Shown here: in pieces, positions 28,523 to 37,746 of the stretch
Position numbering within the stretch: position 1 is the first letter of the stretch
How the letters are laid out: the number at the start of each line of letters is the position of its first letter
From: a virus
Length of the DNA stretch: 64,000 bases
Direction: 5' to 3' (one strand)
IMG/VR virus record: IMGVR_UViG_3300020057_000029
Location: 91,224 to 155,223 of that record
Program-made: the position numbers and the translations under genes
Notes under the pieces: generated by a model
Told to the model about the DNA's origin: nothing
The model's database searches: none
The model's input: the letters and a program-made list of their open reading frames with translations, nothing else

Positions 28523-30226
28523 ATGAAGGATAAAATATCAGAACTGTATAAAAAAGGTGTGAAAACATCAGATATAGCCATGGTTCTAAGGAAAACGCCT
28601 CAAAGAATTAATCAAGTGCTGATAGAGCTTGGCTTAAAGCAAAAAACGTTTGACTATTCGCCAAAAATAACTGCTATCATTGCTGAAAGCATTCTTGCTT
28701 TTAATAGAGATGGTCTGACCGTAACTGAAATATCAAAAAGGGTTGATCTAACAACCACTGGAATCAGAAATTTTCTTAAAAAACGTAGTATTTCAACAAA
28801 CGCATCCAAAGAAGACAGGTCTAGGCCTTGTGTTGTTTGTAAATTAGTGTTCACTCCGAAACACTCAGATGGGGTGAAAAAAAACAAATACAAGACTTGC
28901 TCTGTCGAATGTCGCTCTAAGCACGCTAGTGAATACAGAACGAAATATACAAAAGATGATATCGATAAGGTTTTAGAGCTAAAAAAGGCCAATACTGCCA
29001 ATGATGAGATTTGCCTGGCAACAGGGGTAAATATAAATAAGATCAAAGAGGTGATCAAAGAAAATGCCTTGTTTTTGGACCCAAAAGTGGCTCAAAAGAA
29101 TGCTTATGAAGCTAAGCTAAAAAAGAATACTCGTTCTATGGAAGAGATGCGAGCTTATTACGGAAAAATAGCCGTATCAGAAGAAAGTCTTGAAAAAACA
29201 AAAACAATTCTTTTGGAAAGGGGTTTTGAATATATAGATGGTTTTGAGGGCAAAAGCAATCCTTTTAAAATCAAATGTCTAGTCTGCAATAATATCAGAA
29301 CTACACATAGGATAAACAATGTGGTCAAAAACGCCTGTATGTTCTGTTCTGGATGTAAAAAAACTTCCAAAGCCGAAATAGAAATTGGGGCATGGGTAAA
29401 CTCTTTAAAGATAAAGGCTGAAAAATTCAAGTTTGAATACCGAAAAGATGGTGGCGAAATAGATGTTTTTGTTCCCCTTGTAAAGGTGGGAATAGAATAC
29501 TGTGGTCTTTATTGGCATAACGAAAATAGCCCAACCTCAAGAGGGGTGGATTATCATTTCAACAAAATGAAAAAGGCTAACAAAGAAGGTATTCGCCTAA
29601 TAACCATTTTCGAAGACGAATGGCTCAATAAAAAAGATCAAATTAAAGGATTTTTACGATCTGTTCTTAATAAAAATGAAATAAGGCTTTTTGCCAGAAA
29701 AACAGATTTGAGAGAGGTGCCTAAAAAAGAGGCCTCTCTTTTCTTAGAGGAAAATCATATCCAGGGTTCTTCTCAAATCGAATCGGCTTTTGGCCTTTAT
29801 TACAACGAAGAGCTTGTTGGTATTGTAACTGGCAACAAACATCACAGACAGGGAATGAAAAATCAATTCATACTGAATCGATTGGCCTTTAAAACAAACG
29901 TAAGTGTGGCTGGTGGTTCGTCTCGGCTTCTTAAGGCGCTAATTGGTTATGCTAAAAAGAATGGCTATTTAAAACTAGTCTCGTGGTCAGACAATAGGTG
30001 GTCCGAAGGTAATGTTTACGAAAAACTAGGGTTTGTATTGGAAGAAACCCTTGGCCCAGACTATTCTTACGTAGTTGGCCAAAAAAGAATCTCCAAGCAA
30101 TCTTGTACCAAGGAAAACTTGCTCAAAAAAGGAGCCATTGGTAACACAGAAAAAGAAATGGCCCTCAGTTTAGGATATAGCAGAATATGGGATTGTGGCA
30201 AAAAACGCTGGACCTTCGCCTTGTAG
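28523..30226 (+). CDS. Hef-like homing endonuclease, second copy (HTH/Zn-finger N-terminus)
   Basis: EIDVF...GIEYCGLYWH; C-terminal half highly similar to the 10962 gene. Confidence 0.8.
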   Translation: MKDKISELYKKGVKTSDIAMVLRKTPQRINQVLIELGLKQKTFDYSPKITAIIAESILAFNRDGLTVTEISKRVDLTTTGIRNFLKKRSISTNASKEDRSRPCVVCKLVFTPKHSDGVKKNKYKTCSVECRSKHASEYRTKYTKDDIDKVLELKKANTANDEICLATGVNINKIKEVIKENALFLDPKVAQKNAYEAKLKKNTRSMEEMRAYYGKIAVSEESLEKTKTILLERGFEYIDGFEGKSNPFKIKCLVCNNIRTTHRINNVVKNACMFCSGCKKTSKAEIEIGAWVNSLKIKAEKFKFEYRKDGGEIDVFVPLVKVGIEYCGLYWHNENSPTSRGVDYHFNKMKKANKEGIRLITIFEDEWLNKKDQIKGFLRSVLNKNEIRLFARKTDLREVPKKEASLFLEENHIQGSSQIESAFGLYYNEELVGIVTGNKHHRQGMKNQFILNRLAFKTNVSVAGGSSRLLKALIGYAKKNGYLKLVSWSDNRWSEGNVYEKLGFVLEETLGPDYSYVVGQKRISKQSCTKENLLKKGAIGNTEKEMALSLGYSRIWDCGKKRWTFAL

Positions 30227-30244
30227 CCATGATATAATCCTGTT

Positions 30245-30925
30245 ATGAGAATAGACGCAATTTCAGACACACACCGCAAGCATGAACATTTTTCACTAAA
30301 AGGTGGAGATGTTTTGGTTTGTAGCGGTGACATATGTTCTCGCGGATCGCTAGATGAAGCTATAGATTTTCTTACTTGGTTCGAAGTTCAGCCATATAGG
30401 TACAAAATACTTGTTCCTGGCAATCATGACTGGGTGTTCGAGAGGAATCCTTCTTTAATGGATGCTGAGTGTGATATTCGCAATATAATTTTACTAAATG
30501 ACTCAGGAATTGTCTTAGAAGGCGTAAGATTTTGGGGTTCCCCAGTCCAACCTAGATTTTGTGATTGGGCCTTTAACCGAGATCGTGGAGCGGATATTAA
30601 AAAACACTGGGATCTCATACCTGTAGATACCGATGTTTTGATCACTCATGGGCCTCCTGCTGGTATTTTGGACTATGTTGCTCACGGCGGGTCTGTAGGC
30701 TGTCACGATCTTTTGAATAAGATCATGAGAACTGATGTAAAACTTCATATTTTCGGCCACATACATATGGGTCGTGGTACCATGAAAGTTGGAAACAAGT
30801 TGTTTGTAAACGCAGCAAGTTTAAATGAACAATATCAGCCAGTTGAAGGCGTTCCTCACAAGATAAAGCTGCTAAAAAGTGGCGAATTTAAGGTTCTATC
30901 CCAAAGAGCAAAGCAATCTTTATAG
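30245..30925 (+). CDS. calcineurin-like metallophosphoesterase (MPPED/239FB-like)
   Basis: SDTH, GD, PGNHD, THGPP, FGHIH. Confidence 0.9.
   Translation: MRIDAISDTHRKHEHFSLKGGDVLVCSGDICSRGSLDEAIDFLTWFEVQPYRYKILVPGNHDWVFERNPSLMDAECDIRNIILLNDSGIVLEGVRFWGSPVQPRFCDWAFNRDRGADIKKHWDLIPVDTDVLITHGPPAGILDYVAHGGSVGCHDLLNKIMRTDVKLHIFGHIHMGRGTMKVGNKLFVNAASLNEQYQPVEGVPHKIKLLKSGEFKVLSQRAKQSL
30914..30921 (+). promoter_or_regulatory. late promoter box
   Basis: CAATCTTT upstream of the 30978 gene. Confidence 0.55.
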
Positions 30926-30977
30926 AGTACATGTCACTGGCATTTTGCTAGTGTCTATTCTTTTAAGGAGAATTGTC

Positions 30978-31256
30978 ATGGCCCTAAGTAAACGAACCAA
31001 AGATATTATGATCGTAGCAATGGCTGATAAAAAAGCCGCTAACGAACTTGCCGATGCAGTAGCTGCTGGCAGTAACCCCCAGGCTACTTCTGTCGCTGCT
31101 CTCGGAGCTCTTGCTGACGTAGGCTTTGTAGACGTAGCAGATGTCGGTCCAGCGGACTTAGCATTAGCTGCTGATGTTGACGCTAGGATTAGCAGTGTTC
31201 AGGGTAAAATCGATGCCGTTATCGCTGCTCTAAAAGCAGCTGGATTGATGGCTTAA
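30978..31256 (+). CDS. small head-fibre/decoration-like protein
   Basis: Start re-called to ATG 30978 (AAGGAG RBS); C-terminus KIDAVIAALKAAGLMA typical of head-fibre trimerisation ends. Confidence 0.65.
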   Translation: MALSKRTKDIMIVAMADKKAANELADAVAAGSNPQATSVAALGALADVGFVDVADVGPADLALAADVDARISSVQGKIDAVIAALKAAGLMA

Positions 31257-31345
31257 TTTAACTCATCTATCTAAAGATTGGGAACCACTACCTCTTTTAC
31301 GAGAGGCGCGAGAATTCTTGATTTTCAAAACGTATTATCGCTAGA

Positions 31346-31382
31346 GCCAGGGCAAGAAGCTTAAACAGCTGACTTCCCTGGC
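31346..31382. terminator. hairpin between convergent genes
   Basis: GCCAGGG...AAG.AGCT-loop-AGCT..CTT-CCCTGGC. Confidence 0.5.
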
Positions 31383-32008
31383 TAGTTTTTTGTCAATTTT
31401 TCCGCCAGATCACGAAGCTGTTCTTGAACACCTTCAACGCTACGTTCAGCGTCGATGAGCTCGACTTTCACTCCAGTTTGCTCAATATATTTCATAAAAC
31501 TTTGATATACGAGCTCTTGAAAACCAGGGCCTTTTGCTTCAATGGCATCAACAAACCCATTGCGTTTGCCACGACGTGCAAGAGCAGTTTCGGGAGCCAA
31601 TGACAAGAAAACCACCGCGTCAGGAAGCTTAGTGTGTTTAACAACAACATTCATGTAGAATTCTTGAGTAAACTCAGGATTTACGTTATGGTCAGTGTAT
31701 GCCAAATGAGATAGCCATCCACGATCACTTACGATAAAATCATACTTATCTGCCACAGTGGCATAGAAACGCTGGTTTTCATTGCGCATTGCAGCAAATA
31801 CATACTCCATCGATCTGCCGTCCATGCCAGCAGCTGGGTCCAAAATAAGCTTGCGTAGAGCTACGCATACTGGAATATGAGGACTGCCCACTTCTCTAGT
31901 GTCCAGAACTCTATAGCCACGTTCTTTTAGCTGATCGATAAAATAGGCCCAAGCAGTAGTTTTGCCAGAACCGTCAATTCCTTCAAATTCAATAACTCTT
32001 GCGTTCAT
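31382..32008 (-). CDS. tmk: thymidylate (dTMP) kinase
   Basis: FEGIDGSGKTT, TREVG, SDR, LAY. Confidence 0.93.
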   Translation of the reverse strand: MNARVIEFEGIDGSGKTTAWAYFIDQLKERGYRVLDTREVGSPHIPVCVALRKLILDPAAGMDGRSMEYVFAAMRNENQRFYATVADKYDFIVSDRGWLSHLAYTDHNVNPEFTQEFYMNVVVKHTKLPDAVVFLSLAPETALARRGKRNGFVDAIEAKGPGFQELVYQSFMKYIEQTGVKVELIDAERSVEGVQEQLRDLAEKLTKN

Positions 32009-32068
32009 TTTTTTGTTCTCCTAAGTACTTGAAAATATGATATAATTATATTAATAAACTGGTTGTTC

Positions 32069-32076
32069 CAATCTTA
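32069..32076 (+). promoter_or_regulatory. late promoter box
   Basis: CAATCTTA at the start of the neck/cargo operon. Confidence 0.7.
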
Positions 32077-32106
32077 AGAATATAGCTTACCCTATCTGGA
32101 GTCAAA

Positions 32107-32496
32107 ATGTCTAGACTTTCTGTTAAAATCATCAAAAATTATTACAACAACAATATGTTTGCATATGCGAATGAATGGATCATTCGTGCTAATGAGCCAA
32201 ATCTCCTTTATTTTCAGCTAGTTGACTTAGACAATGATAGCCTGCGCTATATGCCCTCTGTCCCAACTCTGGTATATATGAAGCTTCTTTCGATTGATAG
32301 CGCCGATGTCATCATGGCACCTGCAAGCCTGGCTGACCCGCTAGACACCTCTATTTGGAAAATTAGCTTAGGTGCCAGCCAGATTCCCAAAAGCGGCAAC
32401 GTGGCCTTCCAGATCTCTGAAAATGGCGTTATTCGCACGTTCAGCATCCTAAACGGGATCAGCGTAGAGTATCCTGGAAATGATGGGTCGTGCTAA
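32107..32496 (+). CDS. putative virion protein
   Basis: GGAG RBS, late box. Confidence 0.7.
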   Translation: MSRLSVKIIKNYYNNNMFAYANEWIIRANEPNLLYFQLVDLDNDSLRYMPSVPTLVYMKLLSIDSADVIMAPASLADPLDTSIWKISLGASQIPKSGNVAFQISENGVIRTFSILNGISVEYPGNDGSC

Positions 32497-33324
32497 ATGT
32501 TTTTCCCTCAAAGTAAATCTCCACAAACCGCAATATACCCAGTTCACTGCAAAGAGGCTTCTGGATTATTGCGCCGTTGCGAACCCTTTTTGACTCCAAC
32601 CCAATTGAAGAATCGGTTTTTGCTGGGCATTCCCTTAAAATTCGCCAACGACGATGTCTTAACGGACGAGATCCTAAAAGACCGTATTCATTTGGCAATG
32701 AACGAAGTAGAGCTTCTTTTGAATATTACCATTACCAGAGAAGCCTTTCAAGACAAGCTTCCTTTTGACTATCAGCTCTACAAAGCGTATATTAATCTAG
32801 TGTCAGAAAAAGGACCAATTATTAGTATTGAAAGTCTTGCTATCACAAGCGCTGACTTCAATAATATTTTCACAATTCCACCTGATTGGATCGAAACTTC
32901 AAATTTTTCAAAACGTCTTGTTAACGTGATCCCTCTATTGGCTGCCTATGGCGTAAACACCGTTCAGGGTGCAGTCGGAAATGCCGGTATAGCTTTTTTG
33001 GCCGTGATGGGTGGTTTGAGCTGGGTTCCTGCTTATTGGCAAATCAATTATACCGCAGGTCTTTCTAACAAAGAAGGTCAGGTGCCAGTACCAGTAAACG
33101 AGCTTATTGGGGTAGTAGCTGCTCTAAACACCCTTAGTCTTATCGCGCCTTCAAATATCTATAATAGCCAATCGCTATCTCAAGATGGCATCTCACAGTC
33201 TTCGTCTGGTCTTGGACCTCGTTTGTACGAACTGAGAATTTCTGAACTTGAGAGAAAAAAAGAAGAGCTAACCAGAAAGCTCAAGGCTATCTTTTTCAGC
33301 AGGATAATATTCGGGAACATATAA
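32497..33324 (+). CDS. neck / head-tail adaptor protein
   Basis: RFLLGIPL, INYTAG, SQSLSQDGISQS pattern of myovirus adaptors; position. Confidence 0.65.
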   Translation: MFFPQSKSPQTAIYPVHCKEASGLLRRCEPFLTPTQLKNRFLLGIPLKFANDDVLTDEILKDRIHLAMNEVELLLNITITREAFQDKLPFDYQLYKAYINLVSEKGPIISIESLAITSADFNNIFTIPPDWIETSNFSKRLVNVIPLLAAYGVNTVQGAVGNAGIAFLAVMGGLSWVPAYWQINYTAGLSNKEGQVPVPVNELIGVVAALNTLSLIAPSNIYNSQSLSQDGISQSSSGLGPRLYELRISELERKKEELTRKLKAIFFSRIIFGNI

Positions 33325-34370
33325 TGGGTTTAAGTAAATTTTTGCTACAATCTATGTCAGAGCACAAGGATAAGGTCAAAGGGCCTCATTTCCTGTTTTC
33401 TGCAGAGAACCCTCGTTTTCCGCAAAAAACTACGCTAAGCCACGAAGACGTTGTAAAACATCTAAAAGGTGCGGGTTTTGATGCGCACGAAGTGAATGGT
33501 CATTATGGATCTCCCGAGCGCAGCATTGCTGTTTATGGCGTGAGTAAGGTTCAGGGAGAAGAGCTTCACGACATGGCTTCCCGTTTAGGTCAAGATAGCT
33601 CTATTTATTCCAATGGTAAACAGCACGAAATGCGCTTTCATCATGGAGAAAATGCTGGCAAAGCCCATTATGGAGAAGGCACTAAGTGGCATTTGCAAAA
33701 GCCAGCAGACTATTTTACCACCCTTCCTGGCGGACATCACCATTTTACCCATGATTTCAAATTTGACACCTTACACCCAGCGGGCCAGTTACACAATGTT
33801 CACGAGATGCTTGGTAAGCAAGTTTCTGCAGAGCACAAAACCGCTCAAGAAGCTGTTGCTTCGCCTTTAAACCAAAAACTTGAGAGTGATCATGACACCA
33901 ATATGAAAGGTATCAAGGATGGTCTTAAGGACGACATAAAGAAAAACGAACAAGAGCGTATAAAACTTGTTCATTTTTCCTCTCAAGGCGATCTAAAACA
34001 TATTGACCCTAATTTCAAACAAACTGGGGTAGACGCTGGAAAAAAGGGCAGAGATACTTTTCATCCTCACTCATTCTATTACGTAGAGGGCACTGAACCT
34101 GAACAGATCGTTGTGAGTCAAAGCCGTCACAAATATAAGACCAGCATAAACCCTGCTGAAAAACCTGTATACGATCTCGGTCATGATCCAAAAGGTGTGG
34201 TCGATGAAGCAATTAAGGAAAACCAGGGCGTTTTAAACATGGACATGGTTCATGAAAAATTAAAAGATGCTGGGTTTCACGGATTTAGAAACTCAAAACA
34301 CCCTAGTCTATCTAATGTGGTCGGAATGTATCATCCTTTGGCAGTGGAGCATCATGAACAAATCAGATAA
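33324..34370 (+). CDS. two-domain putative head cargo (DUF3293-like N-domain + possible ART-fold domain)
   Basis: FSAENP...GHYGSPERS...LGQDS; then KLVHFS...SFYY...GFHGF. Confidence 0.5.
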   Translation: MGLSKFLLQSMSEHKDKVKGPHFLFSAENPRFPQKTTLSHEDVVKHLKGAGFDAHEVNGHYGSPERSIAVYGVSKVQGEELHDMASRLGQDSSIYSNGKQHEMRFHHGENAGKAHYGEGTKWHLQKPADYFTTLPGGHHHFTHDFKFDTLHPAGQLHNVHEMLGKQVSAEHKTAQEAVASPLNQKLESDHDTNMKGIKDGLKDDIKKNEQERIKLVHFSSQGDLKHIDPNFKQTGVDAGKKGRDTFHPHSFYYVEGTEPEQIVVSQSRHKYKTSINPAEKPVYDLGHDPKGVVDEAIKENQGVLNMDMVHEKLKDAGFHGFRNSKHPSLSNVVGMYHPLAVEHHEQIR

Positions 34371-35442
34371 AACAGAAAATTTGGGTCAGGGCGTACACGA
34401 AGGGTATCAGCAACGCGCTAAACAGGGCGGCGATGTTCTGTTCCATGTAAAGCTTAAGGGTAGAACTTATCTTACGAACGACATACCTCTTCACATGTCC
34501 TTGAAGGTGTTTTCCAACAAGGATGAAATGGACCTAGCTGAAATTAAAGCCAAGGTTAAAGAGTTTGACATCAAGGCTCCAGATCCTAAAAATCTTAAAT
34601 TTAAAACAACTATTTTTACCTCAGAAAATGATGGTAAAGAATATTTCATGCTTTTGTGTGAAGGTTGTCCTGATAATTATGAAAAATTCTACCATTCTTT
34701 TGGCAACAAAGGAACTCGTTATAAAAATTTCATGTCCCATGTGACCATTGACAAGCTATTGTACGATGCGATCAATGAAGACGGCGTAAAAGCTGAAGAG
34801 ATCGAATTTAGCCCTCTCACTGTTGAGCATGGTGCTGACAATACTGTGCATATTTTTGAAGACAGTCTAGAAAAGTCTGAAGAGCTTCTTGAAAAAGGCA
34901 GTATGAAGCATTTAGCTTCTGCTTTGATTATGAGCACGGCCCTTGCTGGCGGATCTCACACTGCTCATGCTCCTAAAACACCATCTGCAATCCATCAAGA
35001 ACCTGAATACACACCAGCAAGAATGCTTGCTAGTATTTCTGATGTAGAAAGCTCTGGCGGAAAAGATACTAAACACGAAGCTCTTCCTGAGGGCGGGATA
35101 CATCGTGGTGAAAAAGCTTATGGAAAATACGGACTAACACCTGTTGTTATACGCGAAACAATACATATGCACAAAGACCTTGCGACAAAACATAAAAAAG
35201 CCTTAAACCTGCGTGGACAAGACATGTCTAACTATATGCAAGACAACCCTGAATTAGAAGACACGATTGCTCAGAAGCATTTACAAAGACTTGAACATCA
35301 TTTTGGTCCAAAACCAGACGTTCTGGGCTATGCGTGGTTACAGGGAATTACTGGGACAAACAAGGCTCTGAAAACAAAAGAAGATATTAAAAGTCATTGG
35401 CATGTCAAAAAAATTAGAGATGCCTATCTAAGGGGTAAGTAA
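34354..35442 (+). CDS. 2H phosphodiesterase (Acb1-like) fused to lysozyme/lytic transglycosylase-like domain
   Basis: HMSL (34492) and HVTI (34738) 82 aa apart; ISDVESSGG...AYGKYGL; start re-called to 34354 (GGAG RBS). Confidence 0.65.
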   Translation: MNKSDKTENLGQGVHEGYQQRAKQGGDVLFHVKLKGRTYLTNDIPLHMSLKVFSNKDEMDLAEIKAKVKEFDIKAPDPKNLKFKTTIFTSENDGKEYFMLLCEGCPDNYEKFYHSFGNKGTRYKNFMSHVTIDKLLYDAINEDGVKAEEIEFSPLTVEHGADNTVHIFEDSLEKSEELLEKGSMKHLASALIMSTALAGGSHTAHAPKTPSAIHQEPEYTPARMLASISDVESSGGKDTKHEALPEGGIHRGEKAYGKYGLTPVVIRETIHMHKDLATKHKKALNLRGQDMSNYMQDNPELEDTIAQKHLQRLEHHFGPKPDVLGYAWLQGITGTNKALKTKEDIKSHWHVKKIRDAYLRGK

Positions 35443-35948
35443 TGGATATTAAAGCTGATGAAATATTGAGCGTAGAAGAAGCTGGAATGCTGGACAAACA
35501 TCCTGTAAAAATGCTTCGCACAAAAGGTGGGTTTTGGATTGCCGTAGGTAGGCCAAAAGGAAAGCACAAGGATGAGGCGATTGGGGCAGGCAGTCACCCT
35601 GCTATCGTAAGGTACAACCTCGAAAAACAGTATCCAGCCTTTGAACCTGCCCTTATGAAGAGCGAAATGTTCAATGACTCTGCTATCGTAGATAAACATT
35701 CCCATTTTCTTTCTGATGAATTGCGTAAATCTGGTTACGATGTTTACTCCGTTCAAGACGGCAAAGAAATAGAATTTCACGTAACCAAGCTCAATGCCTA
35801 TGTTGCTACCGTAAAAGGCCAGCTACAGTCAGATGCGTTGGTTTTTAAAGTATTAGAAATGCCTAAAGAATTTACCAGAGCTATTGCTGGAGCGGCAACC
35901 GAAAAAGCCCTATCTTGTAATACGCCCAAAATCCGCATCGAGAAATAA
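35442..35948 (+). CDS. hypothetical virion-associated protein
   Basis: Operon coupling; LMKSE. Confidence 0.7.
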   Translation: MDIKADEILSVEEAGMLDKHPVKMLRTKGGFWIAVGRPKGKHKDEAIGAGSHPAIVRYNLEKQYPAFEPALMKSEMFNDSAIVDKHSHFLSDELRKSGYDVYSVQDGKEIEFHVTKLNAYVATVKGQLQSDALVFKVLEMPKEFTRAIAGAATEKALSCNTPKIRIEK

Positions 35949-35949
35949 T

Positions 35950-36324
35950 ATGAGCGTAAAGATCTTTTATTCTAAAAAAATCGCTACTTACGATCCAGAT
36001 AAGCCCTTGCAGCATCAGTTGAAAGGTTGCAAAAAGGTCGTAATAGAATACGAACCTAAAGATTCTTCCATCGATAGGTTTATTGATGAAATTGAACAAC
36101 TTTGTGATAAAAACAATAGCACTGTCTTAAACATAAATTTGGTTCATAACGACTTTATAGCTGGTGCTAAGTTAAAAAAACGCGTAAAAAAATTAGAAAC
36201 AAATACCTCTGTAAACACGCTTATAAAAATGATGGCGTCTGGGTATTCAGAAACAGATAAGAAACTGGAGCAAATTGCTTCTATCTGTACAGAGGGTGAC
36301 TGCAATGGCAAAGAGAAAGCCTAA
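35950..36324 (+). CDS. hypothetical protein
   Basis: Start re-called to ATG 35950. Confidence 0.65.
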   Translation: MSVKIFYSKKIATYDPDKPLQHQLKGCKKVVIEYEPKDSSIDRFIDEIEQLCDKNNSTVLNINLVHNDFIAGAKLKKRVKKLETNTSVNTLIKMMASGYSETDKKLEQIASICTEGDCNGKEKA

Positions 36325-37249
36325 CGGAATTCAGGCAGATACTATCAATCGATATAGCCCGTTTACTCAACTCTCTTTTGATTTGAAGAGACAGGATGTT
36401 TTCGTTACCAGTTTTGCTATTGATTTCTTGCATTACAAGGCTATGCCTAGCCCTATAGGCAAAAAAGATAGAGGCGACTATCGCCGCCAAGATGGCGTAG
36501 ATACGATCACGTCTAATGGTATGATTTATAAATGCTCTGGTGTTTTCTCAGCCACAATGGTGGATAATGAGCGTAAACAGAGAAAAGGCGACATCGGCAC
36601 TTTAGACCCTTCGACTGGTAGAATCATCATGCCTCGTTTTTACAACAAAGACGGTACCAAAGGCAACTTGGCAGATGGCAAACGTATCTATTTGGCACCA
36701 GGAGATCGGCTTTACATAGCAGATCCAGTTGCTGACGTGAAAGTAGAAAATTACCAGGAAATGGACTATGAGCCTGGAATCGACAATGAAGCAAAATTTG
36801 CCATTGTGGAACTAGCGCTTCCTATTGTGGATAGCCGAAACATCGAATATACAGAAAATGTAGATTTTTCAATCACTTGCGATGGAAACGTCCGATGGCT
36901 TGATAGTGGAAAAAATCCTGGTATTGATCCAACTACTGGAAAGGGTAGGATTTATTCAATTCGCTACCGATACAAGGCTTATTGGTATGTAACCATGATA
37001 CCAAAAGAAGTTCGGGTGACCAATGTTACTACGGATGGCATTAGATCTCCCGAAAGAATGGCTTATCATGCGGTTATCACTCGGGAATATATGTATCATA
37101 ATCAGAACAAGGGTGATGCTGTAAACCAGCTTGAGTCTAAAGATCCCAAAAGGGCTCAAAGCGAACCAGTTCGGTCGATTACTCCAAATAAGTTTGTTGT
37201 ACCCGTAGACATGAGCGCTATTGGCGAAGAAAATAGCGACGAAGACTAA
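36305..37249 (+). CDS. putative head-closure/neck protein
   Basis: Start ATG 36305 (GAGG RBS); position; YSIRY motif. Confidence 0.55.
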   Translation: MAKRKPNGIQADTINRYSPFTQLSFDLKRQDVFVTSFAIDFLHYKAMPSPIGKKDRGDYRRQDGVDTITSNGMIYKCSGVFSATMVDNERKQRKGDIGTLDPSTGRIIMPRFYNKDGTKGNLADGKRIYLAPGDRLYIADPVADVKVENYQEMDYEPGIDNEAKFAIVELALPIVDSRNIEYTENVDFSITCDGNVRWLDSGKNPGIDPTTGKGRIYSIRYRYKAYWYVTMIPKEVRVTNVTTDGIRSPERMAYHAVITREYMYHNQNKGDAVNQLESKDPKRAQSEPVRSITPNKFVVPVDMSAIGEENSDED

Positions 37250-37254
37250 TCTTT
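37247..37254 (+). promoter_or_regulatory. late promoter box
   Basis: TAATCTTT. Confidence 0.65.
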
Positions 37255-37287
37255 AATGTGAACTAAGTATAAGGAATCAAATCATTT

Positions 37288-37737
37288 ATGGCAGCTAAAA
37301 ATATCAGAAATGTACAAGGCAAAAAAGTAGAAGATGTTCCTGTAATCGCGAACAATATCTACAACAATGCTGCGGGTGCTCAAAAAAATGCTGAAGTGGG
37401 CAGATTTCTTGTCCCATTAAACATTGATGGATCAACTTATACCACAGATGCCACCACCGCCCGCAGACTTCCTTCTAAGGGTCGCAACGTCGCTGTGTAC
37501 AACAACAGTGGGGTTGTTCACTCTATAACTGCTGGCGATAGAGATGTTGCTGCCATGGTGGCGCTCGCGATAGGCGTTGTGGACAATGCCACCAGACGTG
37601 TAGGTATTGCTTGTCCTCCAAACGCATGGACTTATGTTGCTCTGTACGAACAACAAGATGTAATTTCCGACAATGCAGCTCTTCTTGTATATCTAATCGA
37701 AGACGACACTTTTATCAAACAAGAAGCTTCCAGATAA
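37288..37737 (+). CDS. putative virion protein
   Basis: AAGGA RBS, late box. Confidence 0.7.
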   Translation: MAAKNIRNVQGKKVEDVPVIANNIYNNAAGAQKNAEVGRFLVPLNIDGSTYTTDATTARRLPSKGRNVAVYNNSGVVHSITAGDRDVAAMVALAIGVVDNATRRVGIACPPNAWTYVALYEQQDVISDNAALLVYLIEDDTFIKQEASR

Positions 37738-37746
37738 GGGGATTCA

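Noticed and set aside
9174-32008. Bacterial chromosome or prophage-host junction suggested by groEL, tmk, clpP and ligase
   Set aside because: These genes are divergent, interleaved with virion genes and share phage promoter motifs; no integrase or att site seen
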